This document shows, piece by piece, positions 19,199-28,922 of a stretch of DNA of 64,000 bases. The notes beneath the pieces are model-generated. The model was given only the letters and a program-made list of their open reading frames with translations, was not told the DNA's origin and ran no database searches. This DNA is from Obrimoposthia wandeli (lineage: Eukaryota). The DNA is taken from positions 62,001-126,000 of the forward strand of contig CDROCS010001089.1 of assembly GCA_977020255.1 (NCBI GenBank). Reading direction: 5' to 3'. A program made the translations under genes and the position numbers. Position 1 is the stretch's first letter. Each line of letters opens with the position of its first letter.

Positions 19199-19286
19199 CT
19201 TGTATCACTACTTTTTAAGGGTTGAATTGATCGTTCAGAGCAAATATTAGCAATATGCATAATTGATGCTTAAGGTAATCATCGAG

Positions 19287-20465
19287 CTAAGCAGCGTTTA
19301 CCCTAAAGCGATCTAAAATTGCGACATGCGCTTGTAAATCATCTTTAAATGGGCAGCTTTGATATTGTTCTACATTTTCATAACAGATGATTGGCTGTCT
19401 ATCCTGCGGAAAATTATACAAGTAATAAGTACCTTGCTGCCCTTCATCAAAACCGCTTAGTTTGCTGTTAATGCCATGGTCTTCAATAGCAGGTGAGCGC
19501 CCTGTCGATTGAAAGAGCACATCAAACCCTTGTTCTTGCATGTATTCGGCAAGAAGGAAAGGCTGATAGCTAAATTCACCTGTACCTACCACTACATAAG
19601 CTTTGCTTTTGTCTAAGGTACTGGTTATTAACTGCCCCTCAAGAGATTTAAACTCAGCACTTGGCTGAGTATTCATCAGATAACCCACTCGTCCTAAATC
19701 GCTGCGACACGATGCATTACTAATGCCTGTTGCGGTCTTCTCAGGTAGCTTTTCTTGAAAGCGCTCGTCAACGCAAAAACTAAAAGTGCCGTCTAATAAA
19801 CTGCAAAATTCTAGGTTAATAGTTGGATAGCATTTCTTAAAATCCTCGCGCTCACGCTCGCTAATCCAATTAACTAAACTCGCCCAAATAACAGTGCTTA
19901 AATGCGGTAATCTCTCTAAGATATTTTCAGTCAACTGGGCAAGCGTTTTACCAGTGCTAATTTCGTCATCAACTAACACGACACTCGTTACATCTTGATA
20001 ATCATACTCATTTTCTAATTGATAAATAAGATGGGAAGGTGCATGGCTGTGAGCTTCAACAATTTTAAAATCGATAGTTTTGGCTAATTCACAACGCGTT
20101 GTATGACTGAAAATCAGCTTTTTCTCGATGCTGGCTTTATCCATAACAGTGGTATTATTTCGCTTAATCTCTTGGGCAACCCCCGCCGCTAATCCTGTGG
20201 CTGTTTCAGCAACACCTAACACCCATACAGTTGCTGCTTCATCGATAAAAGGTTGTATTTGCTCGGCCATCGCAAGATAACTTTCGCGCATAGCACTGGG
20301 TTTACAGGGCACATATTTCCCCAAAACTTTGGAGACAAACAAGAAACGACGCTTGGGATTTAGCCGCGAACCAAAAGTTAGTAGGGCATCGAGTGGGAAC
20401 CTTGCTCTTAACACAGATACTTGCAGCTCGCCTGTCTGCAATTGAATAGAGTGTTTCTCGGGCAT
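19287..20465 (-). CDS. Phosphoribosyltransferase-domain + TRSP-domain protein, Ter-associated
   Basis: RLNPKRRFLFVSKVLGKY.P, GVAETATGL, EAHSHAPSH, LVDDEISTGKT (PRPP loop), C-terminal GTGEF...QSTGRSP; start moved to ATG 20465. Confidence 0.88.
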   Translation of the reverse strand: MPEKHSIQLQTGELQVSVLRARFPLDALLTFGSRLNPKRRFLFVSKVLGKYVPCKPSAMRESYLAMAEQIQPFIDEAATVWVLGVAETATGLAAGVAQEIKRNNTTVMDKASIEKKLIFSHTTRCELAKTIDFKIVEAHSHAPSHLIYQLENEYDYQDVTSVVLVDDEISTGKTLAQLTENILERLPHLSTVIWASLVNWISEREREDFKKCYPTINLEFCSLLDGTFSFCVDERFQEKLPEKTATGISNASCRSDLGRVGYLMNTQPSAEFKSLEGQLITSTLDKSKAYVVVGTGEFSYQPFLLAEYMQEQGFDVLFQSTGRSPAIEDHGINSKLSGFDEGQQGTYYLYNFPQDRQPIICYENVEQYQSCPFKDDLQAHVAILDRFRVNAA

Positions 20466-20673
20466 TAAATATATCCGTATTAAAAATAAAAAAGTATCGC
20501 TGGCAGTCATTGCTATTAAAACTAGCTGACGTGTTTAAATCAAACATCACCTAAAAATGAGACTGCGCCAATGATTCTGGCCAGATAATATACGCTATAG
20601 GCAGCTAAAGTGGCAAGTAGTCCATGCTCTCTAACTATTAATCACTCTGCTCCTAAATATATTTTCTTTATAC

Positions 20674-20712
20674 AAAAAAAAGCGCCGACTCAGCATTAAA
20701 CCGAGTAGCGCT
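20674..20712 (-). terminator. Rho-independent terminator after terD
   Basis: Minus strand AGCGCTACTCGG-TTTAATG-CTGAGTCGGCGCT followed by a T7 run. Confidence 0.75.
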
Positions 20713-20747
20713 TCCTTCTTTAGTACTAATTTTCTAATGTTAGAAAA

Positions 20748-21326
20748 TTAGCCGATGTTAACACCGTGTTGCTGTGCCATTGGCTTAAGACCGCCAGCAA
20801 AACCTTGACCGATAGCCTTAAATTTCCAAGCGCCGCCGTGTAGGTATAATTCACCGAAAATCAATGCTGTTTCTGTAGAGTAATCTTCAGATAGGTCATA
20901 GCGTGCAATTTCTTCACCTGATCCATCGTTCACAATACGGATGAAAGCGTTAGATACTTGACCGAAGTTTTGGTTACGTGATTCAGCATCATGGATGGTA
21001 ACGCCAACGACAACTTTTTGCACATCAGCAGGCATTAATGAGATGTCAACTATGACTGATTCATCATCGCCATCGCCTTCGCCAGTTGTGTTATCACCGG
21101 TGTGTTCAACAGCGCCACAAGCAGATTTTAAGTTATTGTAAAAAATAAAATCACCATCGACACGTACTTTACCGTTTTCGCCTACCATGAAAACTGATGC
21201 GTCTAAATCAAACTCAGCGCCATCAGTTGAACGATCGTCCCAACCAAGGCCTAAAGTCATTTTTGTCATTCCTGGCGCTACTTTCTCCAGTGAAACGTTA
21301 CCGCCTTTTTGTAGTGATACACCCAT
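20748..21326 (-). CDS. terD: TerD tellurium/stress-response protein
   Basis: [47 protein letters not shown] Ca-binding motif, WKFKAIGQG. Confidence 0.95.
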   Translation of the reverse strand: MGVSLQKGGNVSLEKVAPGMTKMTLGLGWDDRSTDGAEFDLDASVFMVGENGKVRVDGDFIFYNNLKSACGAVEHTGDNTTGEGDGDDESVIVDISLMPADVQKVVVGVTIHDAESRNQNFGQVSNAFIRIVNDGSGEEIARYDLSEDYSTETALIFGELYLHGGAWKFKAIGQGFAGGLKPMAQQHGVNIG

Positions 21327-21381
21327 TTTAATTCTCCAAATTTATTTTAAATTGTTTGTTACTGTTAATTAGCTGCTGGTA

Positions 21382-21834
21382 TTACAGCTCAAAATCAGCG
21401 GGGCTTAACCCAAGCTCACGAGCAATTTTTACTGCAACTGCTTTTTCATTATCATCAAACACGCCATCAGCAGCGGCGATAGATAAAATCAAACGCATTA
21501 CTGTACGACAGGCAACTTCATCGCCTTTTAATAGATTTAATGCTTCAAAAGCTTTTGATTCACCAACATCTTGATCGAATTCAAAATTGCCTAAGAAGTC
21601 ATTGAACGACGTAATGACATCCGTGGTTTTGAACACAGAAAGCGCATCATTACTTTCAATGATCTTGAGCATTTTCTTCTTTTCTTCAGAGGACACATCG
21701 CCATCGGCAAGTGCGATTAACGCTGTACCTGCGGTAGCAGCGTTTAAAAACTTTTTGTTTTTAAACTTTAATACTTCGCCTTTGAGCTCATTTGATTTTT
21801 GTTTAACGCTTGATATAAAAGATGCAAAACTCAT
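21382..21834 (-). CDS. terB: TerB tellurite resistance protein
   Basis: KFKNKKFLNA..AGTALIALADGDVSSEEKKKM, IAAADGVFDDNEK...IARELGLSPADF. Confidence 0.92.
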   Translation of the reverse strand: MSFASFISSVKQKSNELKGEVLKFKNKKFLNAATAGTALIALADGDVSSEEKKKMLKIIESNDALSVFKTTDVITSFNDFLGNFEFDQDVGESKAFEALNLLKGDEVACRTVMRLILSIAAADGVFDDNEKAVAVKIARELGLSPADFEL

Positions 21835-21836
21835 AA

Positions 21837-22964
21837 TTAATCCTCGTCGTTTTCACTGTTTGTTTCGCAATCATCATCATGTCTGCGAAAAGGAAGCCCC
21901 CATCCAAATGCACTATCAAGCTCCACTAAATCATTGAAGTATTCATTTAAGGGCGTTATTTTTGGTAGTTCTTCACTAAAATCTAACATGGCTACTGCAT
22001 AGATCGGTTTTACCATTAAAGTACTGGGTGAAATAATGGTTCTTTCCACTCCCGGGATTTGAAACTTTACTTCAACGTCTAGCCCATCCCAACTATCATA
22101 AGCTTCCATCATAGAGACAAAAACTAAGCACTTATGTAGTTTATGCAGATAGCGATCATTGATATCTAGGTTTTCTAAATGCTCTTGTGTTGAGCGATTC
22201 GCCGCAACATAAGGCACTCCATCGAAAGAGCCTTTAAATTCGTCATCAAAGCTATACACGATACCATTTTGGCTATTCTTTAATTGATAAAAACAACCAA
22301 TGCGCAAATCTGAAATTGGTTTAAATTTTTCGCCTAAAAAGTAATTGGCGATAGTTTTCTTTTCACCACCGGCAAATTGCCAGCGCAGTTGAACACCAAC
22401 AGCATGGTCGTTTGAACTGTGATTGTTAGCATTCGCCATTAAGGATGATTGCTTATTAACATTCACCTGCTGGGAAACTTCACGATTCGCTGCAGTAGGT
22501 TTTGATACTGGCGCTTTAATACCATACGTATCTAGCAGTTTAACCAAACCCGCCGAGTAGCCCTGCAAAACACAGCGTATTTTCCAGCGCTCTTGATGCT
22601 TGTATATTTCTAATACTGTGAGTGCTGTTTGATTAGCTATTTGCCCTGATATGTCAATTTTTGCATAACACTGCTGACCTAAAAGGTCATTTAGTTGTGC
22701 GCTTAATTGATTACCAGCGTCATTACTTGCACGAGGTCGAGCAATATATACCGTTATTTTTTGTATATCTTGCTCAATATCGTGCAAGTTCAATAGCAGT
22801 TGCGAGTCTTGGACCGACACACCCTGTTCGCTATCAAAAAGCACTGGGCTGGCGCCTTTTTTACTGAGGATAACACCCCACTCCCACTGCCCTATGTGCA
22901 GTTGAAGTTGGTAAGTGTTATCGCTATCAATAACAGTATTTTGCCCGGCAACTAGCTGTATCAA
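21837..22964 (-). CDS. terA: TerA-like protein (two degenerate TerD-type domains)
   Basis: LVAGQN start, LEIYKHQERWKIRCVLQGY..GL, C-domain LRWQ...DLRIGCFYQLKN..NGIVY...PYV. Confidence 0.65.
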   Translation of the reverse strand: MIQLVAGQNTVIDSDNTYQLQLHIGQWEWGVILSKKGASPVLFDSEQGVSVQDSQLLLNLHDIEQDIQKITVYIARPRASNDAGNQLSAQLNDLLGQQCYAKIDISGQIANQTALTVLEIYKHQERWKIRCVLQGYSAGLVKLLDTYGIKAPVSKPTAANREVSQQVNVNKQSSLMANANNHSSNDHAVGVQLRWQFAGGEKKTIANYFLGEKFKPISDLRIGCFYQLKNSQNGIVYSFDDEFKGSFDGVPYVAANRSTQEHLENLDINDRYLHKLHKCLVFVSMMEAYDSWDGLDVEVKFQIPGVERTIISPSTLMVKPIYAVAMLDFSEELPKITPLNEYFNDLVELDSAFGWGLPFRRHDDDCETNSENDED

Positions 22965-22992
22965 AACATATAACTCACAACAAATGTATTAT

Positions 22993-23601
22993 TTATAAAT
23001 AGCTGCTAGAAGTAGTGTTCAATAACTGCTCTAGCTTTTTGTCTTGAGTTGGCTCACCTACAGCGCGGAATTTCCAATCACTGTTATGACGGTAAAGCAC
23101 ACCTAGTACCATTGACACAGCGCCTTTAAACTTAGGCTCATTGGCAATGTTGTAGCTTGCGATAATATTATCAACTCTTGATGGAGTGCCTTCGTACAAA
23201 CGAATGCTCGCAAACGGAATAGAGGCGAAATCTTGATTGCGATAGCTGTTCAATACAATTGCCACGCTTTTAACGTTAGCAGGGACACGATTAAGCTCGA
23301 TAGAGATAATTTCATTATCTAAACCGTCATCGCCGTCCATGTCACCCGTGGTATCGTCACCACTGTGCACAACTGATCCATCTTTGCTGGCTAACTGGCC
23401 AAAGTAGATAACGTCTACTAATGCTTTTTGCTCGTCGAACATGCCGACACTTGCATCTAAATCAACGGCCACTTTTTTTGAACCGAAAAAGCCTTTCTTT
23501 TCAATGGCTCCCCAGTTAATACCAATACATACTTTGTTTAAACCAGTTCCATTCTTTTCCAAGCTAATGCGCTGGCCTTTCTCTAATGATATTGACATCA
23601 A
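22993..23601 (-). CDS. terZ: TerZ-like TerD-family protein
   Basis: ISLEKGQRISLEK, VDLDAS, VIYFGQL, HSGDDTTGDMDGDDGLDNE, WKFRAVGE. Confidence 0.75.
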   Translation of the reverse strand: MMSISLEKGQRISLEKNGTGLNKVCIGINWGAIEKKGFFGSKKVAVDLDASVGMFDEQKALVDVIYFGQLASKDGSVVHSGDDTTGDMDGDDGLDNEIISIELNRVPANVKSVAIVLNSYRNQDFASIPFASIRLYEGTPSRVDNIIASYNIANEPKFKGAVSMVLGVLYRHNSDWKFRAVGEPTQDKKLEQLLNTTSSSYL

Positions 23602-23708
23602 TATTTCCTTTTTTATTAAGTGGGTAGAAGCAACGCTTCAATCATCTAAATTCTGTTAACCGTGTAAACGGTTTTCACTCAAAAATAATAATGAGTGACA
23701 TACCCGTT

Positions 23709-24749
23709 TTATGATCCTTTTTGTGACGCAAGGTTCTCTGCTTTTTTCACTATCAGCGAATGTATAAAAGCAACGCCGATAAAACCTGCTCCAATTAAGC
23801 CGGTAACAATCTCTGGTACATGTATAAAGGTTTTCAAAAACATCATACTAGCTAAAGCGATTATCGCATAAAACGCACCATGTTCAAGATAGACATACTC
23901 TGACAGCGTATCTTTTTCTACTAGCAAGATGGTTAATGAACGTACAAACATAGCACCGATACCTAAACCAATTGCAATGATAAGCAGGTTAGTACTGATC
24001 GCAAACGCGCCGACAACACCATCAAAACTAAAAGATGCATCTAATAGCTCAAGGTAAACGAACATTGCAGCTCCACCTTTGGCAGCATCATTATTTAACT
24101 TAGCACGCGCTTCTTCTTTTGCTTCCATCATAGAGGTAAGTTTGCCTATCAACATAAAAGTGATTAAACCACTGATACCTGATAATGCGAAAGTACGCTG
24201 TTCTTCACCGCTTAGGGCAAAAATACTAACAATTGCAATCATCAGCAAACAAAATATTTCAGCAGCAAACTTTATGTTCCCAACTTTTGACAATGGTTTT
24301 TCGAGCGCACCAAGCCAATGATCTTTTTCATCATCGAAAAAGAAGTTCAAGCCTACCATCATTAAGAAAGCACCACCAAACGCCATCACTGACACATGCG
24401 CTTCTGACATTAGCGTAGCGTATACATCCGGTGTATTAATCGCGATATCAATTGCGCCCCAAGGAGACACGCCTGCAAAAATACTCACAATTAGCACCGG
24501 AAAAACAATGCGCATGCCAAATACGGCAATTAAGATACCCCAAGTTAGAAAGCGTCTACGCCATAACGCGCTCATGTCTTTTAAGACAGTTGCGTTAACC
24601 ACAGCATTATCAAAAGATAGCGAGATTTCTAGTACAGCCAAAACAGCCACAATAAATAAAGCGGTGTTACCCCCTATAAAGTAAGCCATGATCAAACCTA
24701 GTACTGTAACAATCAAACTGCCATAAAAATATTTTAAATTTTCGAACAT
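23709..24749 (-). CDS. DUF475 TerC-like integral membrane protein
   Basis: LEISLSFDNAVVNATVL, FLTWGILIAVFGMR, YLELLDASFSFDGVVGAFA, YVYLEHGAFYAI. Confidence 0.92.
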   Translation of the reverse strand: MFENLKYFYGSLIVTVLGLIMAYFIGGNTALFIVAVLAVLEISLSFDNAVVNATVLKDMSALWRRRFLTWGILIAVFGMRIVFPVLIVSIFAGVSPWGAIDIAINTPDVYATLMSEAHVSVMAFGGAFLMMVGLNFFFDDEKDHWLGALEKPLSKVGNIKFAAEIFCLLMIAIVSIFALSGEEQRTFALSGISGLITFMLIGKLTSMMEAKEEARAKLNNDAAKGGAAMFVYLELLDASFSFDGVVGAFAISTNLLIIAIGLGIGAMFVRSLTILLVEKDTLSEYVYLEHGAFYAIIALASMMFLKTFIHVPEIVTGLIGAGFIGVAFIHSLIVKKAENLASQKGS

Positions 24750-24790
24750 TTATTCCTCTCATTTTATTCGAGCTTATTAGTGTTGATTCG

Positions 24791-24961
24791 AAACTGGGTC
24801 GTAGCGAGAGCGACTCAATGATTCAAGATACGTACGACTAGATAGGGGCGTTTGGTTATTCCAAACAACTCTATTTAGTGGTGAGTAGATTGTGTCAGTG
24901 AGGCGTTCGCAGTAGAAACCCGTTCTGGATGAACGCTAACGATACTTTATCAGCTCAGTTT
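24791..24961 (+). ncRNA. Candidate multi-stem structured RNA or element upstream of the ter operon
   Basis: Closing stem AAACTGG/TCAGTTT encloses GTCGTA/TACGAC, CTAGATAGGG/CTCTATTTAG (inner GTTTGG/CCAAAC), GCGTTC/GAACGC and GATA/TATC; wobble pairs are G-U only on the + strand. Confidence 0.4.
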
Positions 24962-25143
24962 TAAATCTCAGTACACTTATATCAGGTCTATAGGCTGATT
25001 TTGCAAGTGGCTTTCGCATATGACAGTATTTATCTGAGTTTTGTTGCACTCATATTGCAATAATTTGTTAACAAATGAAAAAGATGGGAATTGGCTTTGT
25101 ATTAATGAGGCTTCGAAAACAACGAGGATGATCTGACAGAGAT

Positions 25144-25199
25144 GTGGCGAGTGGCGAGTGGCGAGTGGCGAGTGGCGAGTGGCGAGTGGCGAGTGGCGA
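25144..25199 (+). repeat. Heptamer tandem repeat (GTGGCGA)x8
   Basis: Eight perfect units counted directly. Confidence 0.98.
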
Positions 25200-25295
25200 T
25201 TCTATAAAACCACTGTATGTTTACAACTCTTTCTTTAATTTCCCGCTTTTCACTCAAATGCCACCCTATATCTTATATGCTTTGTAGCTTGTACC

Positions 25296-25895
25296 TCAAA
25301 TCCACAAAAACAAAGCACATCCTGCAGTTAGTGACCCCGTTCCTCTAGTAAATATTTTCCAGCGTAGATCTGTTGATAAAAAACGCCTAATCGCTTTTCC
25401 CGCCAGTACCCATGGAATGATAGATACAAAACTCAATGGTGGAATGATGATAATAATGAACCACAATAGATTTTCGTTGGCCTCTATTGCCACTAAAATC
25501 AAACTCACAAGTGCTAACGTAGCAGTGACAGCCTTAGGGTTAGCAAACTGAAACAGTGCCGCCGGCATAAAACGCATCGGTTTTGATTGCTCCCTATCTG
25601 CTTGCGTATTACTGGCGTTGGCCATCTTCCAACCTATTAATACTAGCCATAGTGAACCTGTCACTTTCAACACTAACAGCAGCTGTGGCCATGTATCAAT
25701 TAATGGTTTCAATCCCAAGACTGCCACCATGTTCAACAGACATGTGCCAAAAATAATGCCTAGTAAATGCGGTAAAGTACGCTTAAAACCAAAGTTTGCG
25801 CCTGAGTAAACCAACATCATATTGTTGGGTCCTGGCGTCGCCCACATCGTATATGCCACTACGATAAAAGGGCTTAATAATTCTAGATTCGACAT
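25296..25895 (-). CDS. LysE-family amino-acid exporter
   Basis: WATPGPNNMML..SGANFGFKRTLPHLLGI, LFQFANPKA. Confidence 0.92.
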   Translation of the reverse strand: MSNLELLSPFIVVAYTMWATPGPNNMMLVYSGANFGFKRTLPHLLGIIFGTCLLNMVAVLGLKPLIDTWPQLLLVLKVTGSLWLVLIGWKMANASNTQADREQSKPMRFMPAALFQFANPKAVTATLALVSLILVAIEANENLLWFIIIIIPPLSFVSIIPWVLAGKAIRRFLSTDLRWKIFTRGTGSLTAGCALFLWI

Positions 25896-26004
25896 ACATA
25901 CCTCTGCCTGTTTAACTCAAATAAAAAGAAGTGGAATAGCTTTACTCGGTGCCAGTATAGGCTTAACCTTACTTTTAACACAGACACAAAAAGTAGAATA
26001 TTTA

Positions 26005-27438
26005 ATGGGTACAGTTGAAAACACACAGCCAAGCTATTTAGCTATCGCCAATAGAGTTGAAGCACAAATCCTCAGTAAGCAGCTCATTCATGGCACTAAA
26101 CTAGCTTCTATTCGCCAGCTAGCAGCAACAGAAGGGGTTAGTATTAACACCATACGCGCGGCGCTAGACAAACTTACTCAACAAGGTTTGTTAGATAGCT
26201 TACCGCGCATCGGTTTTGTCGTTAACTACCAACAACACAATAACGATACTCAGCCCTTTGAGGAGTTTGTACCCGATAGCTGTTTGGCTGAATCATCCCA
26301 GCACTGGCTCAACACTATGGTGATGGGCAATAGAGGTGCCAACCCATTTTTTCATATGGCGGTGCCTACACAAACTAAAATGTTTAACAGCTTTCAGCGC
26401 CAATTTCGCCAAGTAGTCAAACAAAAATTCGATCACAATGTTGGCAGTGCAGCAGGGCTAACTAGCTTGCGTAAAACCATCAGCGAGCAGCTAGCCACCC
26501 GCCACTGCCAAATTAGCGCCGCTGATATTCAAATAACTAATGGCTGCCAAAATGCTCTTGAGCACATGCTCAGAGTGCTATGTAAACCTGGTGATACTGT
26601 AGCGATTCCTGTCCCTGCTTTTCCAGGTTACTTTGCTCTTCTGGGAATTTTAGGACTAAAAGCGCTAGAGATCCCTATGTCACCACAAGGGCCTGATGCT
26701 GGTATTTTGCAACAAGTAATGGCAGATAAAAAAATCAAAGCACTGATCATTCAACCTAACTGCCATAATCCTACGGGGATCAGCTTAAGTGATGATTACA
26801 AAAAACACATTGCCCAATGGGCAGATGACTATCAAATACCTGTTATTGAAGATGATATCAGCGCGCTGCTAAATTTTGTGGGCCCTGCGCCTAAACTAAT
26901 TGCCAGTTATGATAAACAAAACTGGTGCATTGTTATCAGCTCTATTTCCAAAGTGATAGGCGATAGCGAACGCCTCGGCTGGTGCTGTCCTGCGCGCTTT
27001 AAACAACAATACATGACACAATTTGCGGTGAGCCAGATCAGCAGCTCCTATTTTTTACAACAAGCACTCACCCGCTACTATCAAGGATCGCTATATCAAA
27101 GTCAGCTGCGCAATTGGCGCTTAGATATAAAAATAGCCACGACTGCAGTAGTTTTACGTTTACAGGAAAAATTTGGCAGTACGTTGCAAATTACGCTTTC
27201 AACAGGCGGTTACGCACTGTGGATAAAACTACCTGACCTAATAACCGCCAGCCAACTACATAACTTAATCGATAAGTCTAAAATAGACTTTCTCAGTGGT
27301 GAGCTATTTAGTTTAGAATCACGCTTTAAGCAGTTTATCCGCCTAATTATTATGCCGCCTTTAAATGAAAAAACCTTTATTGGTATTGATCATTTAATTG
27401 AAGTGATCAAGACCTATATGGCTGGTCATCATAACTAA
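26005..27438 (+). CDS. MocR/GntR-family HTH-aminotransferase regulator
   Basis: KLASIRQLAATEGVSINT wHTH, ITNGCQNAL, PNCHNPTG, IEDD, SSISK; start moved to ATG 26005; divergent from lysE. Confidence 0.9.
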   Translation: MGTVENTQPSYLAIANRVEAQILSKQLIHGTKLASIRQLAATEGVSINTIRAALDKLTQQGLLDSLPRIGFVVNYQQHNNDTQPFEEFVPDSCLAESSQHWLNTMVMGNRGANPFFHMAVPTQTKMFNSFQRQFRQVVKQKFDHNVGSAAGLTSLRKTISEQLATRHCQISAADIQITNGCQNALEHMLRVLCKPGDTVAIPVPAFPGYFALLGILGLKALEIPMSPQGPDAGILQQVMADKKIKALIIQPNCHNPTGISLSDDYKKHIAQWADDYQIPVIEDDISALLNFVGPAPKLIASYDKQNWCIVISSISKVIGDSERLGWCCPARFKQQYMTQFAVSQISSSYFLQQALTRYYQGSLYQSQLRNWRLDIKIATTAVVLRLQEKFGSTLQITLSTGGYALWIKLPDLITASQLHNLIDKSKIDFLSGELFSLESRFKQFIRLIIMPPLNEKTFIGIDHLIEVIKTYMAGHHN

Positions 27439-27500
27439 CTGGTTGATAGGTATATTTTTCTATAATTCACAGTTAATACACATAACACAGGACTTACCAC

Positions 27501-28658
27501 GTGAATAAAACCTATCAAGTACAGCTGCTAATTATTTCAGATCAACCTAGCTCCAACTTATGCCCATTACTTGATAGTCGCCTTACACCTGATGAAATCA
27601 TTCTCGCGACCCCCAAAGGAAACAACCATCAAGACTTTCTGCGTTGGATGATTGAAGTGTGCCAACCTCTGGGTATTAAATGCACTGTATTAGACTTACC
27701 TGACTATGAAAAAATTGATACTTTACATCATTGCTTTGAGCAATTAGTCGAGCAGCGTGTTGCATTGGGCCAACAGTTAACACTCAACAGCACTTGTGGT
27801 GAAAAACCTATTGCTATTATCGCTCACGAAGTATTTGTTTATCACAACCTTCCCGTTTTTTATGTCAAACATGATTGGGTGCACTGGCTTCATAACCCCC
27901 GCCAATTAGCTGCTATCAGCTTAGAAGATAAAATAAAAATCCCTGCTTTTCTTAACTGCCATGGTTTGAAAGTCACTGCCCTCAAGCGCGGCCCAATTAC
28001 CCTACAAATGCGCGACATTGCAAGCCATTGGCTCAACCAAGCAAATACTTACACCAAGTCCATGGGCATTTTGAACTACTATGCGGCCCAAGCTCAAAAT
28101 ACACTACATTGCACTATCAGTGAACAACACAACACTGGTCGCAACCCTTTTAGTATGATGTTAGATCAGTTAAGTGATGCGGGCCTCATTCTATTAACAG
28201 GTAACAAATTAACCTTTCGCGATGAACAAAGCCGTTTTTTCGCTAACGGTGGCTGGTTAGAAGATCAAGTATTTAGCGAATTATTAAAATTGCGTAAAGA
28301 GCTCCCAAAATTACAAGATGTTGCGCGCAATGTAGAAATAGAATGGCGCGAAAGCAACTACCAACATAAGGTCAATAATGAGTTAGATGTAATTGCACTT
28401 TATGACAATCGGCTACTAGTAATTGAATGCAAAACAAAACGCTTTGATCGAGGCGAAGCTAGAAATACTGTGTACAAATTAGGCTCTATAATTAAACACT
28501 TAGGTGGGGTAAAAGCTATTGGAGCCATTGTCAGTTTTCAACATATCTCAGCTAAGCACTGCGAGCGCGCTCAGTTGTTAGATATTTATGTATGTGAGAA
28601 GCAAGGACTGGATAATTTATCGGACCAGTTACGTCGATTTTTAGAGCAGTGTAATTAG
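27501..28658 (+). CDS. DUF1887 / Card1-type CARF + PD-(D/E)xK nuclease (VC1899-like)
   Basis: N-terminal CARF-like Rossmann fold (LLIISDQP..NLCPLLD, LNSTCGEKP), FFANGGWLED, nuclease NELDV...DNRLLVIECKT. Confidence 0.82.
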   Translation: MNKTYQVQLLIISDQPSSNLCPLLDSRLTPDEIILATPKGNNHQDFLRWMIEVCQPLGIKCTVLDLPDYEKIDTLHHCFEQLVEQRVALGQQLTLNSTCGEKPIAIIAHEVFVYHNLPVFYVKHDWVHWLHNPRQLAAISLEDKIKIPAFLNCHGLKVTALKRGPITLQMRDIASHWLNQANTYTKSMGILNYYAAQAQNTLHCTISEQHNTGRNPFSMMLDQLSDAGLILLTGNKLTFRDEQSRFFANGGWLEDQVFSELLKLRKELPKLQDVARNVEIEWRESNYQHKVNNELDVIALYDNRLLVIECKTKRFDRGEARNTVYKLGSIIKHLGGVKAIGAIVSFQHISAKHCERAQLLDIYVCEKQGLDNLSDQLRRFLEQCN

Positions 28659-28922
28659 TGCCCATCCAGAAACGAATGTCTACTTCGAACGCATTACCTC
28701 TTGCTGATATGAGTATGCAATTGCTAGGTAATACCATAGGCAACTTATAGCTGTTACTTTTTTGCATAGCCAATGCTAATTCCAATAACGTATCACATGT
28801 TAAGCAGTTTATTCGCCTGATTATTACGCTGCTTTTAAATGAACATCTTTTATGGGTATTGATCACTCGATTGAAGTGGTAGGCTATGGCTTTTTTGCAA
28901 ATCGTGAGGCTGGAATTAGTAA

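Noticed and set aside
24760-24970. yybP-ykoY (Mn2+) riboswitch before the TerC-like gene
   Set aside because: GGGGAGUAG and UGAGACC signatures are absent on the coding strand; the only similar GGTGAGTAG is on the wrong strand.
17327-25296. ter cluster as a discrete mobile island
   Set aside because: No flanking direct repeats, tRNA or mobility gene seen; boundaries cannot be supported from this sequence.
25822-26004. Long N-terminal extension of the MocR regulator
   Set aside because: It overlaps the start of the divergent lysE gene; the domain starts at ATG 26005.
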